6,381 nt of DNA from Candidatus Iainarchaeum sp. (GTDB lineage Archaea > Iainarchaeota > Iainarchaeia > Iainarchaeales > 0-14-0-20-34-12). Below the pieces are notes generated by a model. The model ran no database searches, was not told the DNA's origin, and saw nothing but the letters and a program-made list of their open reading frames with translations. The stretch lies in assembly GCA_030649345.1 (NCBI GenBank), contig JAUSKK010000037.1, positions 1 through 6,381 of the forward strand. Reading direction: 5' to 3'. Position 1 is the stretch's first letter; the number at the start of each line of letters is the position of its first letter. Made by a program: the position numbers and the translations under genes. Positions 4,895-6,381 of the stretch are shown piece by piece.

Positions 4895-5487
4895 ATTTAA
4901 GTCCTGTGCAGAAAGCCATGCAGGAAATAACCCAACATATTGAAAACTACAATCAAAATTTAGACTTAAATAAAGTCCATCAAATTCTAAAAATATTACA
5001 AACTCAAAACAAAATATTTGTATACGGCGCAGGAAGGTCTGGTTTGGTTGGAAAAGCATTTGCCATGCGATTAATGCATTTAAGTTTAAACGTATTTGTA
5101 ATTGGAGAAACAGTTTATCCTGCAATCAAAGAAAACGATGTATTATTTGTAATCTCCGGATCTGGTGAAACTTCAGCCATTGTAAATGCATGCAAAAGCG
5201 CGAAAGAAAAAAAGGCCAAAATTATTGCATTAACTTCGAATTTAAATTCCAGCATAGGAAAAATTGGAGATATTGCATTAGAAGTTAAAGGAAGAACCAA
5301 AGAAGATGTACGAGAAAAAGATTATGAACAAAAACAAATCATTGGACAACACCAGCCTTTAAGTCCTTTGGGAACTTTATTTGAAGACACCTGTCAAGTA
5401 TTATTGGATGGATTGATTGTAGGCTTAATGAAAGAAATGGGCAAAAACGAACAACAATTAAAAGAACGGCATGCCAATATTGAATAA
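4891..5487 (+). CDS. phi: 6-phospho-3-hexuloisomerase (SIS domain)
   Basis: The SIS-domain core IFVYGAGRSGLVGKAFAMRLMHL...DVLFVISGSGET...AKEKKAKIIALTSN is typical of PHI. The start ATG overlaps the hps TGA stop (ATGA at 4891-4894). Confidence 0.85.
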   Translation: MNLSPVQKAMQEITQHIENYNQNLDLNKVHQILKILQTQNKIFVYGAGRSGLVGKAFAMRLMHLSLNVFVIGETVYPAIKENDVLFVISGSGETSAIVNACKSAKEKKAKIIALTSNLNSSIGKIGDIALEVKGRTKEDVREKDYEQKQIIGQHQPLSPLGTLFEDTCQVLLDGLIVGLMKEMGKNEQQLKERHANIE

Positions 5488-5494
5488 AAAGTCA

Positions 5495-6381
5495 TCACAA
5501 GCAGTATTCTTTTTCTAAATCTTTCAAGTGAGCCAAGTGCAATTTTTTTTCTTTAAATGCTTCTTCTTTTATTTTTTCCAAACTTTCCATTTTAGCCCAA
5601 GCAGTGCTTTCAAACAAAGATTCGGTTTCCAAGAAAATGTTCGCGCGTTCTAATACTGCATTGCTGCCCAAGACATGCGGCATGCAAACAAAGTCAGCGC
5701 CTTGATTGTATAAAGCCAAAGCTTCTGTATAGTAATGAGCTCTGGCAAACACAGTTAGCTCAGGATTCACTTGTTTGGCATGCGTTAACAAAGCCAAAGA
5801 AGCCTTAACTTCTGGAATGGCTAAAATTAACAACCGAGCATTCTCTAAATTTAGTTTAGACCAAAGCTCTGGATTTTCAATAAAACCATAAACTGCATTA
5901 ATTTTCCGATCCATTAAAGACTGAACCAATTCAGGATTTTGATCTACAGCCAAAACAGCTTGTTTGTGAGCCAATTGAGAAATTAACTGAAAACCAAAAG
6001 TTCCAGCGCCTACTACAATCACATGTTTATCGATTGGCCAAACTTCTTCCAAGCCTGAAACTTTGCGGTCAAACAAAGTAGACTGATATTTTCGAGGAAA
6101 TAAAATAGAACGAGAAAATTTAAAAAACATTGAACTATACCTGAAAAAATACGGAGTCAAAACCATGGAAACCGCAACCAATAAAATAACCAAAGAAAAC
6201 AATTGTGATGAAATTAAACCCACAGCCAAAGCTTGACTGGCTAAAATGAACGAAAATTCTGAAACCTGAGATAAACTTAGTGCAGCATTAAACGAAAGTT
6301 CTTTTCCGTAACCCGCAAATAAAACCGTTAAATAATGACCGGCAAATTTTACAACAAATAAAACAAATAAAGAAAAAATAA
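5495..6381 (-). CDS. CPA2-family monovalent cation:proton antiporter (Kef-type) with a C-terminal TrkA-N/RCK domain. It is 5'-partial and continues beyond the right window edge.
   Basis: The Rossmann motif HVIVVGAGTFGFQL, followed by ..AVD.N.......G..AVYG ... ARLLILAIP, is typical of TrkA-N. The reading frame stays open from 6229 to the window end. That stretch encodes hydrophobic transmembrane sequence (...FAGYGKELSFNAALSLSQVSEFSFILASQALAVGLIS), typical of the last helices of Na+/H+-exchanger-family proteins. The track's start at 6229 is an internal TTG (Leu). Confidence 0.85.
   Translation of the reverse strand, partial: IFSLFVLFVVKFAGHYLTVLFAGYGKELSFNAALSLSQVSEFSFILASQALAVGLISSQLFSLVILLVAVSMVLTPYFFRYSSMFFKFSRSILFPRKYQSTLFDRKVSGLEEVWPIDKHVIVVGAGTFGFQLISQLAHKQAVLAVDQNPELVQSLMDRKINAVYGFIENPELWSKLNLENARLLILAIPEVKASLALLTHAKQVNPELTVFARAHYYTEALALYNQGADFVCMPHVLGSNAVLERANIFLETESLFESTAWAKMESLEKIKEEAFKEKKLHLAHLKDLEKEYCL

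Noticed and set aside
4245-5300. Minus-strand ORFs 4245-4475, 4648-4887, 4805-5125 and 5115-5300
   Set aside because: They are antisense shadows of hps and phi and have no motifs.
6227-6229. Start codon of the antiporter ORF at 6229
   Set aside because: It is a TTG inside a frame that stays open to the window edge and keeps encoding transmembrane sequence. I treat it as an internal Leu and call the gene 5'-partial.
1-6381. Search for CRISPR repeats, IS/transposase or integrase genes, toxin-antitoxin pairs, restriction-modification or other defence-type clusters, and long direct repeats
   Set aside because: None was found. All substantial ORFs have housekeeping-type assignments, and the only repeats are the short promoter and hairpin elements listed. 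I see no basis for claiming a novel multi-gene system here.

Overview
AT-rich archaeal chromosomal segment. The archaeal call rests on TFB, ribosomal protein L35Ae (eL33), archaeal-type RNase HII and TATA-type promoters placed about 20-30 nt upstream of start codons. Lineage cannot be fixed from sequence alone. The compact, low-GC, largely leaderless layout would fit an uncultivated small-genome archaeon, but that is inference. I support ten protein genes. On the + strand: tfb, an SRPBCC/AHSA1-like protein, a transglutaminase-like Cys-His protein, rnhB, an Hsp20/alpha-crystallin protein, and an overlapping hps-phi pair (ribulose monophosphate pathway). On the - strand: rpl35ae, a 59-aa Cys4 zinc-finger ORF missing from the supplied ORF track, and a CPA2 (Kef-type) cation/proton antiporter with a TrkA-N domain that runs off the right edge. 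I saw no rRNA or tRNA gene, CRISPR array, transposase, integrase or recognisable defence or accessory cluster. The gene content is essentially housekeeping, and I do not claim a new multi-gene system. The points worth a second look are small-scale. (1) A roughly 55-nt GC-rich double hairpin sits between rnhB and hsp20. (2) The Cys4 mini-ORF is unannotated. (3) The conserved N-terminus of the SRPBCC gene lies upstream of its first ATG, with ATA where a leaderless start is expected. (4) A perfect 13-bp inverted repeat frames the rpl35ae/rnhB divergent promoters. (5) A single palindromic TATA is shared by two divergent genes. (6) Tandem strong TATA modules lie far upstream of tfb.
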